Source: a virus (taxonomy: Duplodnaviria > Caudoviricetes). From it: DNA of 58,673 nt. The DNA is taken from positions 1-58,673 of the IMG/VR virus record IMGVR_UViG_3300030329_002153; one strand, written 5' to 3'. The first letter of the stretch is position 1. The number at the start of each line of letters is the position of its first letter. Of this stretch, positions 37,159 through 46,987 are shown piece after piece. Position numbers and translations under genes: made by a program. Under the pieces are notes generated by a model that worked only from the letters and a program-made list of their open reading frames with translations, was not told the DNA's origin and searched no databases.

Positions 37159-38274
37159 ATGGCCAACGAATGGATCGGCGTAATCCACAGCACTGCGCCC
37201 AAGTATCTCAGTGGAGCCGCCGACAACACGATCCGGAAACGTCTAATCCTGTCGCTTCTTCAGAAGCGCGGGCGTATTCGTTTCAATGAGAATTCCTACG
37301 AATGCAACTGGGATGTTGAATTCGCAGAGCAGCCCGTCGAGGCTTACGGCGACGGCGGTTCTCTGAACTTCAGTCGCTACGACTTGTACCGTCAGTTGAA
37401 GATCGACTGGCGTGGGTACAAGGCGACCGACCTGATGACCGAGAAAGAGCGTTTGATGAATGATGGCAATCTCGCCATCGTCAAGCGGTATGACAAGATC
37501 ATGCCGAAGCTCATGCGGTCCCTCAACAACAAGTTCTGCGGTGAACTCTTTGTTGATGGCTACGCCTCTGGCAACGAGAACCGGCTGCATGGACTGGAGT
37601 CGTTCCTTGGCGAACTCACCAGTCCGGCTATTGCCAACGCCGACCGGGTTGTTCGCCCGAGTGACACCTATGGTGGCAAGTCAACTGTCCTCGGAAACGA
37701 TGGCGGAACTTGGTCCAACACCTCTGGCATCACCCAGCCGAACTCGACACTGTCGAAGGATTGGCCGGATGGCAACGGTACTCCCGAGTACGATTACCTG
37801 TCACCGAAGCTGGTGAACTGGGGATCGAACGGCTGGGGCACGGGCAGTGAGAACTGGGTCGACAACTGCGAGCGGGTCTTCCGCCAGTCGACCATCTGGC
37901 TGACCCACACGGGTGGCACAGACAGCAAGCCTGACCTGTACCTCTGTGCTGGCGACCTGTACTACGACTACCTCAACAAGCAGTCGTCGAAGCAGCGGAT
38001 CGTCATTCCTCACAAGGAAGCCGAGGATCTGGGCTTCAGCGATACGCTGAACCAAGAAGGCGTGATGATCGCCTCTGATTTTGATGTCCCCGCCGGGACG
38101 GCTTACGGGATCAATGTTGAACAGATGGAGCTTGCTTCTCTGGACAGCGTCCTGTTCGCAAGCCGTGGCCCCGAGTACGACATCAAGACAGACGCTTGGT
38201 TGTTCATGGTTGGTTTCTTCGGAAACGCCCGATACAACCCGAAATACTTCGCCAAGATCAAGAACTTCGAATAA
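37159..38274 (+). CDS. Major capsid protein
   Basis: 371 aa; AADNTIRKR.IL..L, LF.DG.....L.GL, G..I..D.DVPAGT.Y.IN pattern of HK97-fold capsids; synteny. Confidence 0.85.
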   Translation: MANEWIGVIHSTAPKYLSGAADNTIRKRLILSLLQKRGRIRFNENSYECNWDVEFAEQPVEAYGDGGSLNFSRYDLYRQLKIDWRGYKATDLMTEKERLMNDGNLAIVKRYDKIMPKLMRSLNNKFCGELFVDGYASGNENRLHGLESFLGELTSPAIANADRVVRPSDTYGGKSTVLGNDGGTWSNTSGITQPNSTLSKDWPDGNGTPEYDYLSPKLVNWGSNGWGTGSENWVDNCERVFRQSTIWLTHTGGTDSKPDLYLCAGDLYYDYLNKQSSKQRIVIPHKEAEDLGFSDTLNQEGVMIASDFDVPAGTAYGINVEQMELASLDSVLFASRGPEYDIKTDAWLFMVGFFGNARYNPKYFAKIKNFE

Positions 38275-38295
38275 AGCGACAGGGAGAAAGAAACG

Positions 38296-38874
38296 ATGGC
38301 TGAGAATTCTGTAGCACCTGTTGCCCGTGGGAAGACATTCTTCGACGGCGGCACGGTTGACACATCAGGTGGAAAGCACCTTGAAGGCACGGTTCATGTG
38401 TTCCCGAACACTGACCCGGATGACACGACGAATCGCCGCGACGGTGGTAATGTCACCTGTATCCTCGTTCGCAACTCACACTCAGCAGCACTTCTGCCGG
38501 GTATCGTTGTGAAGTGGAAGACCGACGCCACCTCCGGTTCGGAACTTGTCGAAGGCCGCGAAGTTGTTGGTGGAGACATTGGCCTCAAGGCCCGCGCCGC
38601 TGGTGTGGTTGATGACCACCTTCCGGCAGCCGGTGTTCCGGTTGGCGACCTGTTCTGGCTTGTTGTCAAAGGCCAGTGCAAGTGTACTGTCGATGGTGCA
38701 GTTGCGGCTGGTGCCATTGTCTTGTCTGCCGCTGCTGACGGTCACGTCAAGTCTCAAACGAGTCTGTCAAACCTTGAGCAGTTGTACGCCATTGGTATCA
38801 ATGGTGGTCACTCAACGATCTCCGACAACGGGACTGGTGTCATCAACGTCAACATCCTGACGAATGGTGTCTGA
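38296..38874 (+). CDS. Capsid decoration/cement protein
   Basis: Follows MCP; VP.GD.FW.V..G motif; Ala/Gly/Val-rich beta protein. Confidence 0.7.
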   Translation: MAENSVAPVARGKTFFDGGTVDTSGGKHLEGTVHVFPNTDPDDTTNRRDGGNVTCILVRNSHSAALLPGIVVKWKTDATSGSELVEGREVVGGDIGLKARAAGVVDDHLPAAGVPVGDLFWLVVKGQCKCTVDGAVAAGAIVLSAAADGHVKSQTSLSNLEQLYAIGINGGHSTISDNGTGVINVNILTNGV

Positions 38875-38900
38875 CCATCAGTCTGTGAAGCGGAACCATA

Positions 38901-38940
38901 AGGGCCGCCGTTCCGAGTGATCGGGCGGCGGCCCTTTTTT
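38901..38940 (+). terminator. Rho-independent terminator after the capsid genes
   Basis: gggccgccg..cggcggccc stem followed by T6. Confidence 0.88.
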
Positions 38941-38952
38941 CGGGAACATTCC

Positions 38953-40458
38953 ATGTCTTTGTTTGACATGCTCTCTGCCCCAACAGAGTACACCTTGGGT
39001 GCGCTGAGTGGGGACATTGGAGAACGAAGGACCGGGGAGGATGTCACCGGGGACATCACCTCTGGCATTCTTCTAGAGATCCTTGCCGATCCGCTCAACC
39101 TTGTCGGTGCAGGCATTGGTGCTGGCGGGGCAATTGCTTCGAAGGTTCTCCGCAGGCTCGACAAGTTCAACGACTGGAACAGGGCAACGGAGCGTATTCA
39201 CCAAGCTGAGTCCATTGGTAGACGCCTTATGGACGAAGAAGTCCTTGCAAGGCAGATGGAGGGGATTGGCGGCGACATATTCCGCGAGGCAACCCCCGGT
39301 ACTACCAGAAAGCGAAGCCTCCTAGATGTCCTCCTTGGCGACGTTAGGGGCATGGATGTTGAGCGGGGCGTCATGCACCACGGCACAGCGAAGCCCTTCG
39401 AAGAGTTGGACGAGTTTGGCGATCCCATATGGAAAATGGAGGAGGCGACATCGCGGGGGCTGTCGAGGTCTGGCGTAGAGGGAATGGAGTCATCTCGCGG
39501 ACCCGGATTCTACAACACTGTCACGGAGAAAGAGGCGCGTGGATACTCCCGTCGTCTCAGGCCAGAGAGGGAGTCATTCACTCCGGAAGAAAAGACCTCG
39601 CTCGCGGATTCAATCAAGGGTCTGGAAAAAGAGTTCGTGGATTCACATGCCGAGAAGTACAAGTTCGTCGATCCTGACGACTTTGACGAAGACCCAAGGG
39701 ACTTGCTAAGTACACCGGAATCCAAAATCAGGATAGGGCTGGAAGATTTCCTTGAACGAGACAAACGGGCCGGACTTGAGAAAGCACTAGACGGGCTTGA
39801 AGACCTTGAAAATGCATACGTCGACCACCACGGTTGGCACCCAGAAGGGTTGGAAGATGCCGTCGAAGGACTAGAACACGGAGATCGTATAGCACCAGCT
39901 TTGAGGGAGACCCTAGAAGATTCCTTAAAAGCCAGAACTCCTGAAGAAGGGTTTGATCCCACGGTCTACAAGTCTCGAATCCGGACTGATAGGCCGCTTG
40001 ATGTCCGAGAAGGCAAGAAAATCTCCCAAGATGAGGCGGCTAGGATTTACAAAAGGATTGGCAAGGAGCCGCCCGTGGGAGAAGTTCCCGCCAGAGATGT
40101 CGACTTGGCACTTCAGCGGCACCAAACAGAAACTGGCGAAAAAATACACGAGGTTCTCCAGAGCCTTGATTACGACTCCCTCATCCACACCAAAGAGCAG
40201 GGCAGCGACATCTCCGACATAATGACGTGGGATCCTGACAAGATGCTCACCGGCATCCGCCGCAGGTACAGGCCGACTCTCAGGGTGAGGCGTGAGGAAG
40301 ACACGCTCAGAGATGTGTTGGCTACATACCTAGAGGCTGGACAAGGACTGGACAAGACTGACGCAGCCCGCGCGGTTGGCGGCATGCTGCTTGGCGGTGG
40401 CGGCATGGGTGGCATCAGGGCGATGCTGGGTGCCCGTGATGAGGAGGAGGAGATTTGA
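38953..40458 (+). CDS. ADP-ribosyltransferase-like (ART-PolyVal-type) protein with N-terminal DPL domain
   Basis: HHGT...GPGFYNT....ARGY...VY......PLD...YDSL...WDP motif series. Confidence 0.7.
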   Translation: MSLFDMLSAPTEYTLGALSGDIGERRTGEDVTGDITSGILLEILADPLNLVGAGIGAGGAIASKVLRRLDKFNDWNRATERIHQAESIGRRLMDEEVLARQMEGIGGDIFREATPGTTRKRSLLDVLLGDVRGMDVERGVMHHGTAKPFEELDEFGDPIWKMEEATSRGLSRSGVEGMESSRGPGFYNTVTEKEARGYSRRLRPERESFTPEEKTSLADSIKGLEKEFVDSHAEKYKFVDPDDFDEDPRDLLSTPESKIRIGLEDFLERDKRAGLEKALDGLEDLENAYVDHHGWHPEGLEDAVEGLEHGDRIAPALRETLEDSLKARTPEEGFDPTVYKSRIRTDRPLDVREGKKISQDEAARIYKRIGKEPPVGEVPARDVDLALQRHQTETGEKIHEVLQSLDYDSLIHTKEQGSDISDIMTWDPDKMLTGIRRRYRPTLRVRREEDTLRDVLATYLEAGQGLDKTDAARAVGGMLLGGGGMGGIRAMLGARDEEEEI

Positions 40459-41030
40459 GTACCGTGTTTCTTGAAGGGAAGATGTGCCAGACGTGCGGAG
40501 TGGTGAAGGAGGTCACCGAGTTCCGCAAAGACGACATTCATTGCAAGGAATGCAGGAAAGAAAAGGACCGAGAAAAGAGGCTGTCCAAGAAGGAGAAGGA
40601 CAAACGCACGGCGTTTGCAACATTGGTCTCAGGGATTCGCGGGAACCGCATTGAGGTTCCCCACACCTCTGAGGTTGCTGCCGAGATGATGCGTCTTTAT
40701 GGGGGGTTGAGCCAGTTTTGTACGGAGTGGAAGCAGGATATCGACGCCATGCGCGTGGAGCGTCCCGGTTCCAAGTCTGTAATTGACTCAAAGATGGCCA
40801 TTGTCAAGCTGATCGTAGAGTCCACCAATCAGCGAGACAGTGCGCCAGACTTGGCGGGAATGACCGACGATGAGCTTGAGAGTGAGTTGACTGGAATTAT
40901 CGCATTATTCCTTTCGAAGAACCCCAAGCTCATCAAGGATATGATCGAAGAACCAGAGGCACCGAATGCCGGAAGCAAGCGAAGAGCTAAGAAACAGGAT
41001 AGCCCTAGTAACGGCGGAAAAAAGCCGTAG
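40455..41030 (+). CDS. Putative terminase small subunit with N-terminal zinc finger
   Basis: CQTC..CKEC; DLAGMTDDEL; directly upstream of terL. Confidence 0.6.
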   Translation: MSTVFLEGKMCQTCGVVKEVTEFRKDDIHCKECRKEKDREKRLSKKEKDKRTAFATLVSGIRGNRIEVPHTSEVAAEMMRLYGGLSQFCTEWKQDIDAMRVERPGSKSVIDSKMAIVKLIVESTNQRDSAPDLAGMTDDELESELTGIIALFLSKNPKLIKDMIEEPEAPNAGSKRRAKKQDSPSNGGKKP

Positions 41031-42678
41031 GCAATCCGAGGCACTGCGTCTGTACAGGCCGATGCCAAAGCAGGCGACGTTTCACGGGTCTCTTGCGTCC
41101 GAGAGGATCATCCGTGGCGGAAACCGATCCGGCAAAAGTATGTCGGCGTTTGCTGAGACAGCTTCCGCAGCCACTGGGATAACCATTGCCGGGCCTGATG
41201 GCAACATAATCCCGTACAAGTACCCCAAGGGCAGGCCGCTGCTGATCTGGGTGATTGGGTACGACCAGAGACACATCGGTGGAACCATCCACAGAATGTT
41301 GTTTCAGGAAGGTTCGTTCCAGATCATCAAGGATGAGAAGACAGATGAGTGGCGGGCATGGCGTCCATGGGAGGAATATGACGCCGCATACGAGGAAAAG
41401 ACAAAAAATGCCCCGCCGCTTGTTCCGTCACGGATGATCCGTCAGGATCAGTGGGCGTGGGAGAACAAGGCAGAGCGAGTGTTCTCTGTGTGCAGGCTGG
41501 TCAACGGAACAGAGATCCACGCCTTCTCCTCCAAGGCTGAACCGAAGCAGGGTGATCCTGTTGATCTGATTCACATCGACGAAGATATTGAATACTCCAA
41601 GCACGTCTCTGAGTGGCAGGCACGGCTGTCTGACAGGAAGGGGCGGTTGATCTGGTCTGTGTGGCCGCATAGCAGGAACGACGCACTAATCCGCATGTCT
41701 GAGCGGGCCGAGGACCAGAAGCACGACGAAGAGCCGGATGTACATGAGATTGTGCTGCGGTTTTCAGACAACCCATTCATCGACAAGAAAGAAAAAGACA
41801 AGCGGATTGAGGCTTGGTCGAAGATTGGGCCAGAGGAGGTCCGTGCGCGTGACAAGGGGGAGTTTGTAACGGACACGTTCTTGGTGTACCCTAACTTCAC
41901 CATGGATGTTCATGGGGTTCCCGGCAGAACTCCGGAGGAAGACGACGGGATAGGCAAGGTCATCCGGGCTAATGGCAACCAGCCACCCAATGACTGGACG
42001 AGATTCCTTGTCCTTGACCCCGGACATGTGGTGTGTGCGATCCTATTTGCCGCCATTCCCCCGCCCAACCCGTCCAACAGGAGCAAAACAGATACTATCG
42101 TCGTGTACGATGAGTTATACTTACGTCGTCTGGATGCAGACGAGGTGGCCAAGAGTGTTCTGCAAAAGGTGTCAGGCAAGAGCTTTGAGGCGTTTCTGAT
42201 CGACAATCGGGCGGGTCGACAGACCCCCATGGGTTTCAACAAGACCGTTCGCCAGCAATACTCTGACGCATTTGAAAGATACGGGATTCGCTCACGTCAA
42301 TCTGGGAGCAACTTCATTCCGGGCAGCGACAACATTCCTGCTGGAATCGGGCTGGTCAGGGAGTGGCTTACAATACGAAACAACGGCACCGCAAAGCTGC
42401 GTGTTGTCCGAGACAGGACGCCGAACCTCCAGAAGGAGTTCTTGCTTTACAAAAAGAGGGTGACACGGGACGCAATTTCTGACGACCCGGTTCCCAAAAA
42501 CGACCACCTTATGGATACTTTGAGGTATTTAGCGTCCTACAGCCCTGAGTATGTTCCTCCTCGTGGCGCACCCACCACGATGAGTCCTGCGATGAGGCAC
42601 TTCAGGGAATGGAAGAAAGCGGGCGAAGGCAAGGAGGAGGAGGAGTTTTTTGCCATGGGTCCGGGTACTGCCAACTAA
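40966..42678 (+). CDS. terL: Terminase large subunit
   Basis: Q..FH, Walker A GGNRSGKS, Walker B IHIDED, nuclease LDPG and NDHLMDTLRY. Confidence 0.95.
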   Translation: MPEASEELRNRIALVTAEKSRRQSEALRLYRPMPKQATFHGSLASERIIRGGNRSGKSMSAFAETASAATGITIAGPDGNIIPYKYPKGRPLLIWVIGYDQRHIGGTIHRMLFQEGSFQIIKDEKTDEWRAWRPWEEYDAAYEEKTKNAPPLVPSRMIRQDQWAWENKAERVFSVCRLVNGTEIHAFSSKAEPKQGDPVDLIHIDEDIEYSKHVSEWQARLSDRKGRLIWSVWPHSRNDALIRMSERAEDQKHDEEPDVHEIVLRFSDNPFIDKKEKDKRIEAWSKIGPEEVRARDKGEFVTDTFLVYPNFTMDVHGVPGRTPEEDDGIGKVIRANGNQPPNDWTRFLVLDPGHVVCAILFAAIPPPNPSNRSKTDTIVVYDELYLRRLDADEVAKSVLQKVSGKSFEAFLIDNRAGRQTPMGFNKTVRQQYSDAFERYGIRSRQSGSNFIPGSDNIPAGIGLVREWLTIRNNGTAKLRVVRDRTPNLQKEFLLYKKRVTRDAISDDPVPKNDHLMDTLRYLASYSPEYVPPRGAPTTMSPAMRHFREWKKAGEGKEEEEFFAMGPGTAN

Positions 42679-42691
42679 GAGGAGACTGACG

Positions 42692-43177
42692 ATGACTAAG
42701 AAGATGCCTGTTTTGCCTTTGGGTTCGACTGTTCTGTGGTATCCGCACGGGGATATTTCTCAGGAGCCGCATGCTGCAATTGTCACCGAGATCATGGAAA
42801 AGCATGTGTATGTTCTGTATCGGTTCCCCAAGGGTGGCGGCATGCCTCGCAGGGAAACCAATGTGCATCACATCACTGACCAAGAGCTTGTCGACAACCA
42901 GAATGTTGCTGTCAGGTACGGGGCTTGGGACACCATCGAGAATGGAGAAAATCGCAGGGTTTCCGCAGCCAAGGCAGCGGCAGCGGTTCACGAACGGCGG
43001 GCGGAAGAAGAGGCAGAGAGAGAGGCGTCTGAAAAGAAGATGAACCCCAAAGAGAGAATCTTGATCTTGTCGGAGCGGGGCTATGCTCCCGACCAGATTG
43101 CAGACACAATCAAGGGCGGATACACGGAAGAAACCGTGGCGGCTATCATCCGTGACTCCTCAATGCAAAAGGCGTGA
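42692..43177 (+). CDS. Hypothetical protein
   Basis: GAGGAG RBS; between terL and portal. Confidence 0.7.
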   Translation: MTKKMPVLPLGSTVLWYPHGDISQEPHAAIVTEIMEKHVYVLYRFPKGGGMPRRETNVHHITDQELVDNQNVAVRYGAWDTIENGENRRVSAAKAAAAVHERRAEEEAEREASEKKMNPKERILILSERGYAPDQIADTIKGGYTEETVAAIIRDSSMQKA

Positions 43178-43180
43178 TAA

Positions 43181-45955
43181 ATGCCACCCTTTGAGAACCA
43201 GCCGACTCCGACAAGCCCAGACGACGGGACATTGCGCCCCATCGTTACTGGGTGGCTGTCCAAGATTGACTTGGCCATTCAACACAAAAAGCCATTCTCG
43301 GACATTTCAGAGCAGTGCATGGCGTTCTTCTCTGGGGCCACCGGCTTCATGTGGGAGCCAAAGTTCAAGAAGAAGTATTTGAACACCAACACGACTCCCC
43401 GTTTTCGCATGACAATGGCGAAGGCATTTGAACTCGTGGCGTTGTTCGGCCCACTTCTTTACTGGAGGAACCCACAGAGGACCGTGAAGCCACGGGTTCA
43501 GATTGACATTTCTCCTGAGCTTTTCGGCCCGCCGAATATGCAGGAGATTATGCAGCAGTGGCAGCAGTTGCAGCAGCAAATGCAGCAGTTGCAGCAGCAG
43601 TCCCAGCAGTTGCAGCAACAGATGCAGCAGCCTCAGCAGCAGCAGCAGCCTCAGAACGGGCAACCTGTACAGCAGCAAGACCCAGCCGCTATGCAGCAGC
43701 AGCAGCAGCAGCAGCAGCAGGCGCAGCAGGTTCAGCAGCAAATGCAGCAGTTGCAACAGCAGATGCAGCAGTTGCATCCGCAAGTTCAGCAGGTTCAGCA
43801 AGCGCAGCAAGTTTATCAGCAGGCTGTTGTCGAGCAGAGGACACGGAAGTCTCAGGATGGTGCTAGGTGCAACCTTGTTGAGAAGTGGCTGAACTACACC
43901 CCCAACGAGCAGCCCGGTGGAGGCTTGGCTAGGCATGCAGAGCTTGCCATCACCGAGGCTCTCGTCAAGGGGCGTGGCGTTCTTTGGACAGAGCCGTATG
44001 AGTTTCCCGGTTCAGATATCCGTTTGACTGGAAACTTCTACGACACGGTAGACAACTTGCTGATTGACCCTGACGCAGAGAGTCTGGATGACGCTCGCTG
44101 GATTGCCAAGCGGGTTGTTCAGCCGGTCTGGCAGGTGGAAAAAGAATATGGATTGAAAAAGGGAACTCTTGAGCGTTCTGGCAACATGGAAAGTGCCAAC
44201 TCTCAAGGTGAAACCAAGGGCGACGACATGGGCAACTTCAAGCGTGCCCAAGGAAAGTCGTTTGACCTGATGGTTCATTGGAAGATTTGGAGCCGTGGTG
44301 GTGTTGGCTCCCGGCTGACTGGGGTTTCGACCCCACTCAAGGATGCTTTTGACGACACGGTTGGTGATTTCGCCTACCTGTGTGTTGCTTCAAGTGTTCC
44401 GTTCCCCTTGAATGCTCCTCCTGAGAAGTTCAAGAAGGCTTCTGACAAAGAAGTCAAAGAAATGTTCGCTTGGCCGGTGCCTTATTGGAAGGACAATAGG
44501 TGGCCCTGTGTTCTTCTGGACTTCTATCCGAAGCCTAGGTCTGTCTGGCCAATCGCCCCGCTTGCTCCGGGCCTTGGCGAACTAGTGTTTATGAACGTCA
44601 TCATATCCCACTTGGCGAACCGCATTTGGTCGTCGAGCAGGGACTTTATCGCTGTGCTGAAGTCTGCGGAGGAAGAGGTCCGCAAGCAGATCAAGAACGG
44701 AGAGGATCTGGCACTCATATCCTTGAACGAAGTACACAGGGATATTCGTCAGGTCGTCCAGTTCTTGCAGCAGCCCCAGACAAACTTCGACGCTTGGAGA
44801 ATTCTTGAGCAGATCACCCATGTGTTTGAGCGTCGTACCGGGCTGACAGAACTCATGGCTGGCCTGACCACCACTCAGTCTCGATCTGCTGAAGACATTG
44901 CTACCAAAAAAGAGCAGATGAACATTCGTCCGGACCACATGTCCTCAAAGGTCGAGAAGTGGATGGCCGAGTGTGCGAAGATGGAAAAGTTCTGTTGTCG
45001 CTGGTTCATTGAGTCCAAGGATGTCGAGCCTCTGGTTGGAAAAACTGGTGGCTACCTGTGGCAGCAGCTAATTACCAGCCAAGACCCAGAGGTGGTTGTC
45101 AGGGAGATGGACGCCACAGTGGAGGCGGGGTCCGCACGGAAACCGAACAAGGCCAGAGACACACAGAACATTCAGCAGGCGATGCAGATCCTCTTCCCAG
45201 AGCTTTCCAAGCATGCGGATGTCACCACCGACACCGCTCCGCTCAACAAGTTCCTGTCGCTGTGGGCCGACACAGTGGAACTGGACATCGACGGAATGCT
45301 CACTGATAACCGGCTGCCAATGCAGTTTCAGCCATGGTTCCAGCAGCAGCAGCAACAGCAAATGCAGCAGCAGCAGCAGGCCCAGATGCAGGCCCAGCAG
45401 CAGCAGCAACAAATGCAGCAGCAGCAAATGCAGATGGAACAGCAGAAAATGCAGATGGACATGCAGACTGGGCAGCAGAAGATGCAGGTCGATCAGCAGA
45501 AGATGCAGATGGACATGTTCGCTGGCCAGCAGAAAATGCAGGGCGAGGCTATCAAACAGCAGGCTATGCAGCAGAAAGCCCAGCTTGAGCTTGTCAAGCA
45601 GCAGCAGGAGATGGAGGCTGACGCAGCCCGCATGCAGCAAGAGATTCAAGCTCAGGGTCTTGAGGCCGTCTTGGCTCAACGTCAGGGGCAAATGGATATG
45701 GCCAAGGCTCAGCTTGACATCGCTGCAAAGCAGATGGACATTCAGGCCAAGAGAGATCAGGGCCAGAGTGAGCAGGCGAGCAAGGTTAGCGAGATGGTCC
45801 TTGGTCGTGCGATGTCTGCCGAGGAGAACAGGCGAGCGGAAGAGACGCACATTGCCGACATGTTCCGCGACGAGCAAAAGCACCAGCAGGGGATTCGCCA
45901 CGAGCAAGACAAGGCGCAGCAACAGGCAAACAAAGCAAGAAGGAGTCCGGAATAA
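43181..45955 (+). CDS. Portal protein with polyglutamine insertions
   Basis: 924 aa after terL; ALVKGRGV, LLIDPDA....DARWIAKR, TGLTEL..G....RSA, V..GS..KPN pattern of P22-like portals. Confidence 0.85.
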   Translation: MPPFENQPTPTSPDDGTLRPIVTGWLSKIDLAIQHKKPFSDISEQCMAFFSGATGFMWEPKFKKKYLNTNTTPRFRMTMAKAFELVALFGPLLYWRNPQRTVKPRVQIDISPELFGPPNMQEIMQQWQQLQQQMQQLQQQSQQLQQQMQQPQQQQQPQNGQPVQQQDPAAMQQQQQQQQQAQQVQQQMQQLQQQMQQLHPQVQQVQQAQQVYQQAVVEQRTRKSQDGARCNLVEKWLNYTPNEQPGGGLARHAELAITEALVKGRGVLWTEPYEFPGSDIRLTGNFYDTVDNLLIDPDAESLDDARWIAKRVVQPVWQVEKEYGLKKGTLERSGNMESANSQGETKGDDMGNFKRAQGKSFDLMVHWKIWSRGGVGSRLTGVSTPLKDAFDDTVGDFAYLCVASSVPFPLNAPPEKFKKASDKEVKEMFAWPVPYWKDNRWPCVLLDFYPKPRSVWPIAPLAPGLGELVFMNVIISHLANRIWSSSRDFIAVLKSAEEEVRKQIKNGEDLALISLNEVHRDIRQVVQFLQQPQTNFDAWRILEQITHVFERRTGLTELMAGLTTTQSRSAEDIATKKEQMNIRPDHMSSKVEKWMAECAKMEKFCCRWFIESKDVEPLVGKTGGYLWQQLITSQDPEVVVREMDATVEAGSARKPNKARDTQNIQQAMQILFPELSKHADVTTDTAPLNKFLSLWADTVELDIDGMLTDNRLPMQFQPWFQQQQQQQMQQQQQAQMQAQQQQQQMQQQQMQMEQQKMQMDMQTGQQKMQVDQQKMQMDMFAGQQKMQGEAIKQQAMQQKAQLELVKQQQEMEADAARMQQEIQAQGLEAVLAQRQGQMDMAKAQLDIAAKQMDIQAKRDQGQSEQASKVSEMVLGRAMSAEENRRAEETHIADMFRDEQKHQQGIRHEQDKAQQQANKARRSPE

Positions 45956-46107
45956 TGCCGGAACTTGACGGAAAACACTACTCGTATGACGCCAAAGGCA
46001 GGGCAGAGTACGAGAGGGACAAGAAGAAGAAGAAAAAAGGTGGACGCAAGAAAAAGCGGAAGAAGCCGAACACTCTTCGAAGTTCTATAATGGGCGGTGG
46101 ATACTAA
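45955..46107 (+). CDS. 50-aa Lys-rich small protein
   Basis: MPELDGKHYSYDAKG...KKKKKKGGRKKKRKK; TAATG coupling at both ends. Confidence 0.75.
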   Translation: MPELDGKHYSYDAKGRAEYERDKKKKKKGGRKKKRKKPNTLRSSIMGGGY

Positions 46108-46649
46108 TGGCTGAAGAATACCAAACGGTTAGTAGCGACCCTATCATTCAGGGTTTTTACGAGCATTGCAGGGATGAGGGAAACAGCCATCGCATGGCAG
46201 AGATGCTGGCGTTCCAGCAGGCACCGAGGTGCAACACGGATCGTGAGTTCTTTGAGGGCGTTGGAACTCTGGCCAAGCAGTTTGAGGGTGATGAGAAGGT
46301 TCTGGACCAGATCACCAGAAACTCCATGAAGCATGGGCACAAGCCGAACGCAAACGACATGTACGTCTCTGCGCTCGCCAAGTTCCCCGGAGACCCCAAG
46401 GCGTTTGTCCCGGCAAGCGGTGGCAGGGGCCATGTGCAGGAAGTTTGCGAGCAAAGAGGCTGGGCCTGCTCTGGCTCGGTGAACGTCAAATCCAGAGAAG
46501 CTGAGTCGGCACCCAAGAAGGTGGCTCTCGGAGAGGACATCGTTCGTTCAAAAATTAGACAGATGGTCCGGAACAACCCAGACAATGCACGGAAGTCCTA
46601 CAGGGAACTCCGTGAATCCGTTATCGACAAACACGGACCAAAGAAATAA
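46107..46649 (+). CDS. Hypothetical protein
   Basis: 180-aa coupled ORF. Confidence 0.75.
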   Translation: MAEEYQTVSSDPIIQGFYEHCRDEGNSHRMAEMLAFQQAPRCNTDREFFEGVGTLAKQFEGDEKVLDQITRNSMKHGHKPNANDMYVSALAKFPGDPKAFVPASGGRGHVQEVCEQRGWACSGSVNVKSREAESAPKKVALGEDIVRSKIRQMVRNNPDNARKSYRELRESVIDKHGPKK

Positions 46650-46659
46650 GGGGTCAGAG

Positions 46660-46986
46660 ATGTCTCTAGCCAGTGTAAAAGACATGGCAAACTACGAGGT
46701 GAAATACGCCTCCATTAGCGGGAGCGGTACGTTTGCTGCCGTGGCTGCCGTGACCGGTAAAAAAATCAATGTCATCTCCTATGTCCTTGGGGGAAGTGCC
46801 ACGGCGACAGCAATATTCAAGAGTGCGACAACCGCTATTTCCGGTGCCATTCCCATTGCTGCCACCTTTGCCGTCTCCGCTTCATGGAATCCGGATGGGT
46901 GGATGGAGACCGCAGCGGGAGAGGCGTTGAACATCACCATTTCTACCGGAAATGGTGTCGGGCACCTTTCGTACATAGAGGTGTAG
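46660..46986 (+). CDS. Small virion structural protein
   Basis: Ala/Thr/Gly-rich beta protein, 108 aa. Confidence 0.6.
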   Translation: MSLASVKDMANYEVKYASISGSGTFAAVAAVTGKKINVISYVLGGSATATAIFKSATTAISGAIPIAATFAVSASWNPDGWMETAAGEALNITISTGNGVGHLSYIEV

Positions 46987-46987
46987 C

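Noticed and set aside
43307-45922. Long antisense Leu-rich ORFs (also 1655-2749, 50130-51488, 33176-34441, 57157-58197)
   Set aside because: They are shadows of CAG-rich, repetitive or GC-rich sense genes and show no motifs of their own.
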